Shown here piece by piece: positions 1 to 9,347 of a DNA stretch of 64,000 nt. The translations under genes and the position numbers were made by a program. The DNA is from an uncultured Actinomycetes bacterium (lineage in GTDB: Bacteria; Actinomycetota; UBA4738; HRBIN12): the NCBI GenBank assembly GCA_963716935.1, contig CAVQUN010000006.1, positions 83,678 to 147,677 of the forward strand, read 5' to 3'. The notes below the pieces were generated by a model, which saw nothing but the letters and a program-made list of their open reading frames with translations, was not told where the DNA came from and did no database searches. Every line of letters starts with the position of its first letter. Position 1 is the stretch's first letter.

Positions 1-295
1 CCTTGCGGCGCAGATGGTCGGCTCGTTCGGCATGGCGGGGTCGCTCATTTCCTACGACGCCATCGCGGAGGGGCCGATCGGTTCGAAGAACCTGGTCGGC
101 AAGGTGCTGTCGGATCAGGCCGGCAAGGCACGGGTCGAGGAGATCCTGACGGCCCAGCGCGAGCGGGTCGTCGCGCTGCTCGAGGAGCACCGCGACGTCG
201 TCGTTGCTCTCCGCGACGCCCTGATCGCTCGGGACGAGCTGGTCGGCGACGAGATCCGCCAGATCGTCGACGTCGCCCTCTCCACGCGCGACTGA
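1..295 (+). CDS. ftsH: FtsH-like ATP-dependent zinc metalloprotease, C-terminal fragment (5' end upstream of window)
   Basis: The frame is open to the window edge and stops at 293-295. The tail GMAGSLISYD...ARVEEILTAQRERVVALLEEHRDVVVALRDALIARDELVGDEIRQIV has the pattern of the helical C-terminal region of FtsH/M41 proteases. Confidence 0.55.
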   Translation, partial: LAAQMVGSFGMAGSLISYDAIAEGPIGSKNLVGKVLSDQAGKARVEEILTAQRERVVALLEEHRDVVVALRDALIARDELVGDEIRQIVDVALSTRD

Positions 296-331
296 GCCGA
301 ACCTCTCCTCGCGCGAGCGAGTCGGACTTCG

Positions 332-366
332 CCGCGGCGCGGAAACGAACCGTCGGAGCGCCGCGG
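332..366 (+). terminator. GC-rich hairpin downstream of ftsH (candidate terminator, no U-tract)
   Basis: CCGCGGCGC (332-340) is the perfect reverse complement of GCGCCGCGG (358-366), with a 17-nt loop. Confidence 0.3.
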
Positions 367-372
367 TACAGT
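367..372 (+). promoter_or_regulatory. -10-like hexamer TACAGT, candidate promoter of a leaderless DinB-family transcript
   Basis: TANNNT hexamer 6 nt upstream of GTG 379, with no Shine-Dalgarno. The same geometry recurs at eight other genes in this window. Confidence 0.35.
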
Positions 373-378
373 GCTCGC

Positions 379-876
379 GTGACGACCCCGGCCGACCTCG
401 TGCGGGCGATGTTCGCGCATCACCTGTGGGCGACCGGCCGGCTGATCGATCACCTGGAGGGGCTCCCGCCCGAGCGACTGGACGCGGCGGTCCCGGGAAC
501 GTACGGCTCGATGATCGTCACGCTCACCCACCTGGTCGACGCGGACGCGCGGTACCTGCGGCGGCTGGAGGATCCGACGCCGTTGCCGTACGACGCTCGC
601 GACGGCGCTCCGCTCGCCGAGCTCCGCACACAGCTGGAGGTGAATCGGGGCCGCTGGGACGACGTGCTGGACGCGCTCGAGGCGGGCTCCCTGCACGCGG
701 TGGTCCGCAATCACCAGAACGGCTATCCCGACACCGAGCCCGCGGAAGGACTCCTCCTGCTCCAGGCGATCCACCACGGGGACGACCACCGGACGCAGAT
801 CTGCTCGACGCTCGGCGCGCTCGGCGAGGACGTGCCGGAGCTCGACGGGTGGGCGTTCTGGGCGCAGGGCCGCTGA
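379..876 (+). CDS. DinB-family (DUF664-like) protein
   Basis: 165-aa ORF with a DinB-type helical pattern and His-containing blocks (FAHHLWATGRL, LTHLVDADARY, AIHHGDDHRTQI). High GC3 in this frame. Confidence 0.7.
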   Translation: MTTPADLVRAMFAHHLWATGRLIDHLEGLPPERLDAAVPGTYGSMIVTLTHLVDADARYLRRLEDPTPLPYDARDGAPLAELRTQLEVNRGRWDDVLDALEAGSLHAVVRNHQNGYPDTEPAEGLLLLQAIHHGDDHRTQICSTLGALGEDVPELDGWAFWAQGR

Positions 877-1376
877 TCGACCCCGGCGACGAGCTCGTCG
901 ACGTGATCGACGAGAGGGATCGGCTCGTCGGAACCGTGACGAGGCGGGAGCTCCGGGCTCGCAACCTCCTGCACCGCTGCACGTACGTGTTCGTCCGCAA
1001 CGCCGCCGGGGAGCTGTACGTGCATCGCAGAACCACGACCAAGGACGTGTATCCCGGGTTCCTCGACGTGTGCGCCGGCGGGGTGAACGCGGCCGGCGAG
1101 TCCTTCGACGCCTGCGCGGCGCGCGAGCTGGATGAGGAGCTCGGCGTGCGGGCGACGCCGACGTTCCGGTTCCGCCACCGCTACTCGGGCCCGAGCGGAC
1201 AGGTGTGGGGCGCGGCGTACGACGTCGTGTGGGACGGCGCGATCGTCTGGCAGCCGGAGGAGGTGTCGTGGGGCGCGTTCGTTTCCCTGTGGCGCGTCGA
1301 CGAGATGATCGCGACGGAGCCCTTCTGCCCCGACGGCCTCGAGGTGTTCGACCGCTGGCGTAGACTCGACGCATGA
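849..1376 (+). CDS. NUDIX hydrolase
   Basis: C-terminal part of ORF 426-1376. The Nudix box GVNAAGESFDACAARELDEELGV fits GX5EX7REUXEEXGU. The start is uncertain (GTG 849 or GTG 903). The upstream part of the ORF overlaps the DinB gene out of frame and is Arg/Gly-rich junk. Confidence 0.7.
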   Translation: MGVLGAGPLIDPGDELVDVIDERDRLVGTVTRRELRARNLLHRCTYVFVRNAAGELYVHRRTTTKDVYPGFLDVCAGGVNAAGESFDACAARELDEELGVRATPTFRFRHRYSGPSGQVWGAAYDVVWDGAIVWQPEEVSWGAFVSLWRVDEMIATEPFCPDGLEVFDRWRRLDA

Positions 1377-2557
1377 CCCCGTCCGTCGTCGTGGCGGGTG
1401 CCCGACCCCCGATCGGGAGGTTCCGGGGAGCCCTCGCCGAGCGATCCGCCGTCGAGCTCGGCGCGATCGCGATTCGTGCTGCGCTGGAGCGCTCGCGGGT
1501 GGAACCGGGCCAGGTCGACTACGTGATCATGGGGCACGTGCTCCAGGCGGGGGCCGGGCAGATCACCGCTCGTCAGGCCGCGATCGCGGCCGGCGTTCCC
1601 AAAGAGATCCCGGCGCTCACGATCAACAAGGTCTGCCTGTCGGGCATCAACGCCATCGCGCTGGCCGACCAGCTGATCCGCGCCGGCGAGGTGGAGATCG
1701 TCGTCGCCGGCGGGATGGAGTCGATGACGCAGGCGCCGTACCTGCTGCCGAACGGTCGGGACGGCGTGCGCCTCGGTCACGCCGAGCTCGTCGACTCGAT
1801 GATCCACGACGGGCTGTGGTCGACGTTCACGCGGCAGCACATGGGCGAGTCGTCGGACGAGGTGAACGCCGAGCTCGGCATCTCGCGCTCGGAGCAGGAC
1901 GCGTGGGCGGCCCGGTCGCATCGCCGCGCCGCGGCGGCATGGGAGTCTGGCGCCATGGCCGAAGAGGTGGTCCCCGTCGAGATCCCCCAACGCAAGGGCG
2001 ACGCCGTCGTCGTCGAGCGGGACGAGGGGATCCGCCCGGACTCGACGCCCGAGGCGCTCGCGGGGTTGGCGCCCGCCTTCCGCGAGGGCGGGACGATCAC
2101 CGCGGGCAACGCCTCGCAGATCTCCGACGGGGCGTGCGCGGTCGTCGTGGCGAGCGCCGAGGCCGCGGGCCGGCTCGGCCTCGAGCCGGTCGCCGAGATC
2201 ATCGCCCACGGGATGAGCGCCGAGCGCTTCGCCTACCTGCACACCGTGCCCGCGATCGCCCTCCAGCACGCGCTGAAGAAGGCGCAGCTCGACGTGCACG
2301 ACCTCGGCCTCCTCGAGGTGAACGAGGCGTTCGCCGCGGTGGCGCTCAACGTCACGCGGATCCTCGGCCTCGACGAGGAGCTCGTGAACGTGAACGGGGG
2401 AGCGGTGGCCCTCGGACACCCGATCGGCGCGAGCGGCGCGCGCCTCGCTCTCACGCTCGCGTACGAGATGCGCCGGCGCGGCGTCGATCTCGGCGGCGCC
2501 ACGATCTGCGGCGGCGGCGGCCAGGGCGACGCGCTGATCCTTCGCCGGATCGCCTGA
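1373..2557 (+). CDS. acetyl-CoA C-acetyltransferase (thiolase)
   Basis: 394 aa with thiolase signatures NKVCLSGI (active-site Cys), [20 protein letters not shown] and [13 protein letters not shown] overlap with the Nudix stop. Confidence 0.9.
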   Translation: MTPSVVVAGARPPIGRFRGALAERSAVELGAIAIRAALERSRVEPGQVDYVIMGHVLQAGAGQITARQAAIAAGVPKEIPALTINKVCLSGINAIALADQLIRAGEVEIVVAGGMESMTQAPYLLPNGRDGVRLGHAELVDSMIHDGLWSTFTRQHMGESSDEVNAELGISRSEQDAWAARSHRRAAAAWESGAMAEEVVPVEIPQRKGDAVVVERDEGIRPDSTPEALAGLAPAFREGGTITAGNASQISDGACAVVVASAEAAGRLGLEPVAEIIAHGMSAERFAYLHTVPAIALQHALKKAQLDVHDLGLLEVNEAFAAVALNVTRILGLDEELVNVNGGAVALGHPIGASGARLALTLAYEMRRRGVDLGGATICGGGGQGDALILRRIA

Positions 2558-2560
2558 GCC

Positions 2561-3730
2561 GTGCCCGAGCCCGAGAACCTCCAGCGCTACGACCTCCCAC
2601 CGGAGCTCGAGGAGTTCCGCGCGCTGGTCCGGCGGATCGCGCAGGAGCGCATCGCGCCTCGCGCCGCCGAGATCGACGAGACGGACGAGTGGCCCGAGGA
2701 CGTGTACAAGGTCCTCGTCGACCACGACCTCATGGGCGTCGGCTACCCCGAGGAGTACGGCGGATCCGGGGGTGGCTCGCTCGCGTTCGGCGTCTTCATC
2801 GAGGAGCTGTCCCGGGTCTCGGCCGGGGTCTCGCTCACGCCGTTGGTCTCCAAGCTGGGCGTGATCCCGCTCACGGTCGCCGGCGACGTCGACAAGGCGG
2901 CCCGCATGACCGAGGGGATCGCCCGGGGCGACCTCCTGATGTCGTACGCCCTCTCGGAGGCGGGCGCCGGCTCCGACCCGGCGTCGATGACGACCCGCTA
3001 CGAGCGCGATGCCGATGCCTGGGTCCTGAACGGGACGAAGCGCTTCATCACGGGAGCCGGGGTGTCGCATAGCTACGTGGTGTTCGCCACGAGCGATCCC
3101 TCGCTGCGCTCCAAGGGCGTCTCGGCCTTCCTGGTGATGAAGGACGACCCGGGCGTCTCCTTCGGCCGCAAGGAGGAGAAGATGGGCATTCGCGGATCGC
3201 CGACGCGCGAGGTGATATGCGACGACACGCGAATCCCGGCCGACCGCCTGATCGGCACCGAGGGCGAGGGGTTCTCGTACGCGATGCGAACGCTCGACTA
3301 CTCGCGCCCGGCGATCGGGGCCCAGGCGCTGGGCATCGCGCAGGGCGCCCTCGACGTCGCGGCGCGCTATGCGACCGAGCGGCGGCAGTTCGGCAAGGCG
3401 ATCGCGGAGTTCCAGGGCGTGTCGTTCATGCTCGCGGACATGGCGATGCAGCTCGAGGCGGCACGGATGCTCGTGTACAAGGCCCTCGCGCTCTGCGACG
3501 CCGGCGATCCGCGCATGACCTACTTCTCGAGCGTGGCCAAGTGCTTCGCCTCCGATGCCGCGATGCGGATCACGACGGATGCGGTCCAGGTGCTCGGTGG
3601 CTACGGCTACCTTCGCGAATTCCCGGTCGAGCGCCTCATGCGCGACGCGAAGATCACGCAGATCTACGAGGGTACGAACCAGATCCAGCGAGTCGTCGTT
3701 GCCCGGGAGCTGCTCCGAGCCTTCGCCTGA
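2561..3730 (+). CDS. acyl-CoA dehydrogenase
   Basis: 389 aa with ACAD-like blocks ([68 protein letters not shown]). GTG start 3 nt after the thiolase stop. Confidence 0.9.
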   Translation: MPEPENLQRYDLPPELEEFRALVRRIAQERIAPRAAEIDETDEWPEDVYKVLVDHDLMGVGYPEEYGGSGGGSLAFGVFIEELSRVSAGVSLTPLVSKLGVIPLTVAGDVDKAARMTEGIARGDLLMSYALSEAGAGSDPASMTTRYERDADAWVLNGTKRFITGAGVSHSYVVFATSDPSLRSKGVSAFLVMKDDPGVSFGRKEEKMGIRGSPTREVICDDTRIPADRLIGTEGEGFSYAMRTLDYSRPAIGAQALGIAQGALDVAARYATERRQFGKAIAEFQGVSFMLADMAMQLEAARMLVYKALALCDAGDPRMTYFSSVAKCFASDAAMRITTDAVQVLGGYGYLREFPVERLMRDAKITQIYEGTNQIQRVVVARELLRAFA

Positions 3731-3769
3731 TCGCCCGGGAGACCGGACGAGGCTCCGCCGGGATTGGCC

Positions 3770-3812
3770 GTGGACCCGGGTCGGGCGGTGCAGACGCTCG
3801 GCCCGGGTCCAC
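3770..3812. terminator. Bidirectional hairpin between convergent genes
   Basis: GTGGACCCGGGTCG (3770-3783) pairs with CGGCCCGGGTCCAC (3799-3812), giving 14 bp including one G-U. It lies between the stop at 3730 (+) and the stop at 3830 (-). There is no U-tract. Confidence 0.5.
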
Positions 3813-3829
3813 GAAGTGCGTTCGTATCG

Positions 3830-5164
3830 CTACAGGACGACCTCGTCGTCCTGGACCTCTTCGAGACCGCCGCCGATCCCGCGCAGCTCCGCCGAGATCG
3901 CCGCGGCATCGAACAGGCCGTCCCCGTCGTCGCCGGATCCGACGAGCGCCCGTGCGAGCGCGATGGCTCGCTCGTCGTCGGGGTCCAACACCCGTGCGGC
4001 GGCGCGATCGTCCACGGACTCCTGTTGCGGCTCCTGTGTACCGGGAAGGAACACGCGGAACGATGCGCCGCCGCCGGGATGCTCCTCGACCCAGGCCCTG
4101 CCGCCGTGGATCTCGGCCAGCCTCGCCAGCAGGGTGAGCCCCGTCCCGCCTCTCGGCCGATGCCGAGCTGCGGGACCTTCGTCCGACAGGGCTGCGACCA
4201 TGGCACCCCGCAGCCCTGGCGGTACTTCGGGACCGGTGTCGTCGACGGCGATGACGGCACCGCCCTGGTCCGAGGAGATCTTCACCCACACCGTGTTGCC
4301 CGGTGCGGTCCTTCGGCCTGCGTTCGACAGGAGCGTCTCGACCATCTGCTCCGTGAGCGCCGGGTCCACCTCGAGCGCGATGTGCTCGGCGTCGACCTTG
4401 ATGTCTCGGTTCGCGAGGTCGGGTGACTCCTCCACGACCCGGCGCACGAGCGCCTCGATGTCGGTCCTGCGCAGGTTCGGCTCGTAGGTGCCGTTCGCGA
4501 TCTTGTCCAGGGCGAGCATCTCGCCGACGAGGCGATCGAGCTTGCGCGCGTTCGTCGCGAGCTGCTTCACCATGTCCCCGCCCTCGACCGACTGCGGGTC
4601 GGCGTGCTTGAGGGCGAGGGTCAGCCCGAGGATCGAGGTGAGCGGCCGGCGCACGTCGGCGGCGACGGCCTCCTGGAGCGCCGTGCGCTCGTCGTCGACG
4701 ATCACGGTCACGTGCGGCTGAGCCTCCGCCTCGGCCGAGCGGGCCTCGAGTGCCTGGATCTGCTCCTCCATGATCCGCGACCGATCCAGGGCGATCTGCA
4801 GCCGCTGCTCGGCACGGCGGGCGCGTTCCTCGCCCTCGGTCTGTCCTTCGCGGGTCGACTGCAGCATCTCGAGCAGCTCGGCGTGCTTCGAGGCACCCTG
4901 CGCGAGCTGCTCGTCGGCGGCGCGCCAACGCAGCTCGGCCTCGCGCGCGTCCTCCTCCGCCTTCATGAGCCGTTCGGCCGCCTGTTGCAGCTCGTCGGCG
5001 GCCTGCGAAACCTGGAGGCCAGCGACGGCGATCAGCCGGGCGAGGCCCTCGGTCTCCGGCTGCGCGGCCTCGGCCGTCACCGCGTCGGTGTGCATCGCCT
5101 CCGTCGCTTCGTCCGACGTCGGCTCCGCGGCCGGTGCCTCCGTCAACTCCTTCGTCTTCGCCAC
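3830..5164 (-). CDS. Soluble histidine-kinase-like protein (coiled-coil N-terminus, degenerate H-box, HATPase_c-like domain)
   Basis: 444 aa with no TM segment. The N-terminal ~150 aa are E/A/R/Q-rich and heptad-like. The DHp-like helix reads AADVRRPLTSILGL where SHELRTPLTSI is expected. N-box LLSNAGRRT, G1-like VDDTGPEV, G2 GGTGLTLLARL. GTG start with GAGGTGA upstream. Confidence 0.8.
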   Translation of the reverse strand: MAKTKELTEAPAAEPTSDEATEAMHTDAVTAEAAQPETEGLARLIAVAGLQVSQAADELQQAAERLMKAEEDAREAELRWRAADEQLAQGASKHAELLEMLQSTREGQTEGEERARRAEQRLQIALDRSRIMEEQIQALEARSAEAEAQPHVTVIVDDERTALQEAVAADVRRPLTSILGLTLALKHADPQSVEGGDMVKQLATNARKLDRLVGEMLALDKIANGTYEPNLRRTDIEALVRRVVEESPDLANRDIKVDAEHIALEVDPALTEQMVETLLSNAGRRTAPGNTVWVKISSDQGGAVIAVDDTGPEVPPGLRGAMVAALSDEGPAARHRPRGGTGLTLLARLAEIHGGRAWVEEHPGGGASFRVFLPGTQEPQQESVDDRAAARVLDPDDERAIALARALVGSGDDGDGLFDAAAISAELRGIGGGLEEVQDDEVVL

Positions 5165-5171
5165 CCCAGGA

Positions 5172-6437
5172 TCACCTCACCCGTTCCGGTGCGGTCTGCC
5201 CCGACTCGTTGCGAATGATCACCGGGTGTTCGAAGAGGTCGTCCTTCTCCTCGATCTCGATGTCCTCCTGCTCATAGCCGCGCAGCGCCTCCGTGAGCTT
5301 CGCCATGTGGAACTTCGCCGTCGTGTGCTCCAGCTCGTACTCGAGTCGGTCGATCTCCTGCTCCATCTCGGCGGCGCGGACGCCGGCCGCCTCCAGGCGG
5401 GCACGCAGCTCGTCGTCTCCGCCCGCCCGCAGCTCGGAGAGGATGCGACGCGCCTCGTCCAGTTCTTGCTGGCGAAGCGACATCCGCTCGCGGATCGCGT
5501 TGTTGTCCAGCTCCGCCTGGTGCAGCCGCTCGGAGGTCTCTCGCAGCTGCTCGCGCAGCGCCGTGAGCTCGCCGTCGTTGGTGCCGGTCCTCGCCTCGTT
5601 CATCGCGAGCTGTCCCTCGAGCTCCTTCACCTGGGCCAGGGCCTCCTTCAGTCGCTTCTGTACCGCTCGGAAGTTCTCCTCCACCGCGCTCGCCCGCCGC
5701 TCCGCCTCCTGCCGCTGCTCCTCGATCGCGCGGAACCCGGGCTGCTCGTAGATCGGCGTCTCGAAAGAGGCCGGCGCGGTGTCGCGAGGCATGCGGCGGG
5801 GAACCGCCGACGTGTAGAACTGGGCCGGGGCCGTGGCGCTCGCGCCCGCCCGGGTGGTGACCACGACCATGCCGAGGCAGCCGAGCAGGAGCAGGCCGGA
5901 CAACATCGCGACCCGCGACCAGCCCGCGGTCGCCTCGGAGACGATGGGTCCGATCGGCTGGGACAGCTCCGCGACGGCGACGTCCCCGCCCGAGCTCAGC
6001 CAGATCGGCACATAGGTCTGCAGGAGGCCGTCGCGAACGACACTCGTGGTGTCGCCGCTCGCAACCTCGAACGTGAGGTTGCGTAGATACGACGGTCGCG
6101 TGCCGACGAACTTCGGATCCGAGGCGTACAGGATCCGCCCGAGGGCCGAGAAGATCCGCACGTCGTCGACGGGGGTGACCGAGATGATGTTCGCGTCGAT
6201 GGCGCTCGCGAACTCCGTCGCGCGCTCGCCGGTGATCGGGTTCGCGAGGTCGCGCGGCTGCAGCAGCGCGGCGAGCTCGGTCTTCGCGGCGAGCGCCGCG
6301 TCGCCCTCGGCCCTCGCCTTGGCCTCCGAGCGCGCGTTCGCCGCCGCCCAGACCGACAGGCCGAGGGCAACGGCGAAGAGGAACGCGAACGTGCCCCAGA
6401 GTGGGCGCCGTTCCCGTCGTGCCAAGGATCCCAACAT
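5172..6437 (-). CDS. Two-TM membrane protein with an extracytoplasmic domain and a long cytoplasmic coiled-coil (sensor-like, no catalytic domain)
   Basis: TM1 is LWGTFAFLFAVALGLSVWAAA and TM2 is VAMLSGLLLLGCLGMVVVTT, with ~145 aa between them. The C-terminal ~190 aa are E/R/L/Q-rich. ATG 6437 is preceded by AGAGGGGA; an alternative GTG lies at 6458. Confidence 0.75.
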   Translation of the reverse strand: MLGSLARRERRPLWGTFAFLFAVALGLSVWAAANARSEAKARAEGDAALAAKTELAALLQPRDLANPITGERATEFASAIDANIISVTPVDDVRIFSALGRILYASDPKFVGTRPSYLRNLTFEVASGDTTSVVRDGLLQTYVPIWLSSGGDVAVAELSQPIGPIVSEATAGWSRVAMLSGLLLLGCLGMVVVTTRAGASATAPAQFYTSAVPRRMPRDTAPASFETPIYEQPGFRAIEEQRQEAERRASAVEENFRAVQKRLKEALAQVKELEGQLAMNEARTGTNDGELTALREQLRETSERLHQAELDNNAIRERMSLRQQELDEARRILSELRAGGDDELRARLEAAGVRAAEMEQEIDRLEYELEHTTAKFHMAKLTEALRGYEQEDIEIEEKDDLFEHPVIIRNESGQTAPERVR

Positions 6438-6628
6438 CTCGGTCCCCTCTCGAGACACTCAGGGCGTCGTCTCTGGACGTTTCGCCTCGTATCGGCTCGT
6501 AGGCACCGGGGATGTAGTCCCCCCGATGGGGGAAATGGCCCGGAATGACTAGTCGGTGCCTGGACGACGGGCTCGGGGGACGCCAAACGGCCCGGTCCGC
6601 TCCTGCGAGGCGCGTCCCAGGCGTCCGG

Positions 6629-6634
6629 TACGCT
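6629..6634 (+). promoter_or_regulatory. -10-like hexamer TACGCT, candidate leaderless promoter of the nurA operon
   Basis: TANNNT hexamer 7 nt upstream of GTG 6642, with no SD. Confidence 0.35.
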
Positions 6635-6641
6635 TCGACCC

Positions 6642-7703
6642 GTGGCTCAGGCGGAGGGTGCGCGCGTGCTCAGCCTCGATCTCGTCGAGCGCGGCGACCT
6701 CGAGGAGGCGGCCTCCTTCGTGGTGGACCTGCTCGACCGACCCTCGTCGGAGATCCACGTGCTCGAGGGTCAGCTCGGTCTGGACGAGGCGCTCGTGGTC
6801 CCCGGCGACCCGGGCTCCTTCGAGCTCGAGGCGGTGGCGACCGCCGATCCGGGGGTCGTGTGGGCGATCGACGGCGGCTCCTGCGTGGTGGCGGACGGGC
6901 GGTCGTTCCAGGTGGCCGGATTCCGGGCCGCTCGTGTTCGGTTCGCGGGCGGCTCGACGGTTGCGGTCGAGCGGGCGCCGCTCACCGTGCGCGCCGTCTC
7001 CCCCGAGGTGATGGACCGGCTGGCGCGGGCGACGCTGACGGAGCTCTGCGGCGTCGAGCCCGAGCGGCTGCCGGACCTGCCGCGGCCCGTCGACGCCCTC
7101 CGCGAGTGGGCCGAGTGGGAGGCGGTCGGCAGGACCGTGCGCGAGGCGGCCGCGGGGGACCTCGTCCTCGTCGACGGCTCGCTCCACGGCGGCCCGCTCG
7201 TTCCCCAGGTCGTCGTCCAGCGCGTCCACGCCGACGCCGTCGCGCGGGGCGTCTCTCTCGCCGGGGTCGTCAAGGCGTCCACGCTGTACTGGGGCCGGAG
7301 CGCGCCGCTCGTCACGCTGCTGAAACGTCGGGGCGATCGCGAACGAGGCCCCACGCGATGGGCCGCCCGGATCTCCACGGATCCCGTGTTCGGGAGGCTC
7401 TACGTGGGCGACATCCTCGTCGCCCACCTCGCGCCCACGGCCGCGCACGCCTTCCGGGTGGACGTGGCGCGGGGGCCCGCCGACCGGCGCGAGGTGCTCG
7501 GCCGGCTGGCCGGGCTCGCCGAGGACCCGGCGTTCGTCGGCTATCCGTACCCGCTCGCCCGCGCCCACCAGGCGGCCCGGGTCACGGGCTACGACGTCGT
7601 CGACGTCCGGCGTTCGTTCCGGGACGCGCTCTCGAGCGCGGGCATGGCGCAGAACGACGTCGAGCTGCTGTTCCAGGACTTCCACGAGGTGCTCAACCGA
7701 TGA
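6642..7703 (+). CDS. nurA: NurA-like 5'-3' nuclease
   Basis: 353 aa with blocks WAIDGGS, DLVLVDGSLHG and DPAFVGYPYPLARAHQAARV, as in NurA-domain proteins. The stop overlaps the herA start (ATGA). Confidence 0.75.
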   Translation: MAQAEGARVLSLDLVERGDLEEAASFVVDLLDRPSSEIHVLEGQLGLDEALVVPGDPGSFELEAVATADPGVVWAIDGGSCVVADGRSFQVAGFRAARVRFAGGSTVAVERAPLTVRAVSPEVMDRLARATLTELCGVEPERLPDLPRPVDALREWAEWEAVGRTVREAAAGDLVLVDGSLHGGPLVPQVVVQRVHADAVARGVSLAGVVKASTLYWGRSAPLVTLLKRRGDRERGPTRWAARISTDPVFGRLYVGDILVAHLAPTAAHAFRVDVARGPADRREVLGRLAGLAEDPAFVGYPYPLARAHQAARVTGYDVVDVRRSFRDALSSAGMAQNDVELLFQDFHEVLNR

Positions 7704-9325
7704 CGGGGGGCTTGGGGGGCTCAAGAAGCGAGCGCGAAGGCGCGAGCGGTAGCCCCCCGAGAATCGAGTACAAGGGCCGGATCTTCGGCCGGCACGTGCT
7801 CGAATCGACCTTCCGCTCGTTCTACGGGACCGACCTGTTCCTGGGCGAGCTCCTCGCGGCCGAGGACTCCGAGCGCGGGCGACGGTTCCTCTTCCGCGTG
7901 ATCCAGGTCACGTACGGCTCGGATTCGTCGGACCCGTCCTGGTCGGAGCGCACGGCCGGCGCATACATGTCGGGAGACCTGGCCGGCACCGAGTACCGGC
8001 TCCACGACCCCGAGCAGCGCCTTTACAAGGTCGCGACCTGCCAGCCGCTCGGTTACATCGACGCCGCGGGGGCGTTTCGAAAGCCGAAGTCCCTGCCGGC
8101 GCAGTTCGCGCGGGTGACGGCGCCGACCGCGGCGGACTTCGACTTCCTGCGCGAGCGGATGGGAGACGTCCACGTCGGTTTGCTGCGATCGGGCGAGGAC
8201 ACCATCGACCTCGAGGTCGGGATCCGCGGGGAGACGCTCACCTCCCACGTCGGCGTCTTCGCCACGACCGGCATGGGCAAGTCGAACCTGATGAAGGTGC
8301 TCGCCGGCCAGATCCTCGCCTCGCGCGGCCGCTACGCCTGCCTGCTGTTCGACCCGCACGGCGAGTATCTCGAGGGCGGAAGCGGGACGCGACGGGGGCT
8401 CCGCGATCACCCTTGGGCCGCGGATCGCCTTCGCGTCTACGCGACCCGGGCCGCCGGGGCGGGCGCGACGGCGCTTCGCCTGTCGCTCGCCGAGCTCACG
8501 CTCGGCGACCTCCAAACCGCGTACGAGTGGAGCCACGCGCAGGAAGACGCGATCTATCGCCTCGTCCGCGCGTTCCGCGAGGAGTGGATCGTCCAGGTGG
8601 CGGAGGAGCCCGACGTCGCGCTGCTCGCGGAGCAGCTCGGCGCCGCCACGAGCACGATCCAGGTGATCCAGCGGCGCGCGCAGCGCATCCTCGACATGCC
8701 GTGCATCTCCCGCGATCCATCTCAGCCGTCGCTGTCCGCCCGCATCGTCGACGAGCTCATGGAGGGCTACTCCGTGTTGGTGGACACGAGTGGCCTGTCC
8801 TCCATGGAGGAGATCCTCGTCGCCTCCGTCATCACGCGAAGGGTCCTGGACGCCTACGCGAACGTCTACCTCGACGATCGCGACCGCTTCGCCGCGCTGC
8901 CGCCCACCCTGGTCGCGCTCGAGGAGGCACAACGCGTGCTGTCGCGCGTCGCCCGCTCGGACGAGAACGTCTTCCCGCGGGTCGCGCGCGAGGGTAGGAA
9001 GTTCAAGGTCGGCCTGTGCGCCGTTTCGCAGCAGCCGAAGCTGATCGACGACGAGCTCCTGTCACAGTTCAACACGTTCTTCGTGCTCGGCCTGGCCGAC
9101 GAGAAGGATCGGAACATCCTTCGCGCGAGCTCGAAGCAGGACGTGTCGGATCTCGGCCCCGAGATCCAGACGCTGATGCCCGGCGAGGCCATCGTGACGA
9201 ACCTGGAGGCGCCGTTCGCGCTCCCGGCGCAGATCTACCTGTTCGAGGACTACCTGAAGTCGGTGTCGGGCCCGACGCCGCTGCCGCCGCGACCCGAGGA
9301 CGCGTCGCGGGGATTCGCCGAGTGA
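7700..9325 (+). CDS. herA: HerA-like hexameric DNA translocase/helicase ATPase
   Basis: Internal ATG 7700 of ORF 6545-9325. Walker A is GVFATTGMGKSNL and Walker B-like is TLVALEEAQRVL. REGRKFKVGLCAVSQQP is typical of HerA/DUF87 ATPases. Confidence 0.8.
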   Translation: MTGGLGGSRSEREGASGSPPRIEYKGRIFGRHVLESTFRSFYGTDLFLGELLAAEDSERGRRFLFRVIQVTYGSDSSDPSWSERTAGAYMSGDLAGTEYRLHDPEQRLYKVATCQPLGYIDAAGAFRKPKSLPAQFARVTAPTAADFDFLRERMGDVHVGLLRSGEDTIDLEVGIRGETLTSHVGVFATTGMGKSNLMKVLAGQILASRGRYACLLFDPHGEYLEGGSGTRRGLRDHPWAADRLRVYATRAAGAGATALRLSLAELTLGDLQTAYEWSHAQEDAIYRLVRAFREEWIVQVAEEPDVALLAEQLGAATSTIQVIQRRAQRILDMPCISRDPSQPSLSARIVDELMEGYSVLVDTSGLSSMEEILVASVITRRVLDAYANVYLDDRDRFAALPPTLVALEEAQRVLSRVARSDENVFPRVAREGRKFKVGLCAVSQQPKLIDDELLSQFNTFFVLGLADEKDRNILRASSKQDVSDLGPEIQTLMPGEAIVTNLEAPFALPAQIYLFEDYLKSVSGPTPLPPRPEDASRGFAE

Positions 9326-9347
9326 GGCTCCCCGCGCCGGACCGCTG

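Noticed and set aside
115-3070. Long minus-strand ORFs (115-1374, 1181-3070) opposite the DinB/Nudix/thiolase/ACAD genes. Similar ones lie at 30547-33348, 24731-27106 (upstream part) and 54934-57042.
   Set aside because: They are Arg/Pro-rich junk with no domains. They overlap genes that have strong family signatures and high GC3 in the chosen frame.
6545-7699. 385-codon 5' extension of the herA ORF. Comparable long extensions occur on ORFs starting at 426, 9506, 41236, 43311, 47580, 47870, 48865, 52423, 53145, 54307, 58470 and 61235.
   Set aside because: The extensions overlap the upstream gene out of frame and translate to Arg/Gly/Pro-rich sequence. Internal ATG/GTG starts at 4-nt overlaps give N-termini typical of each family.
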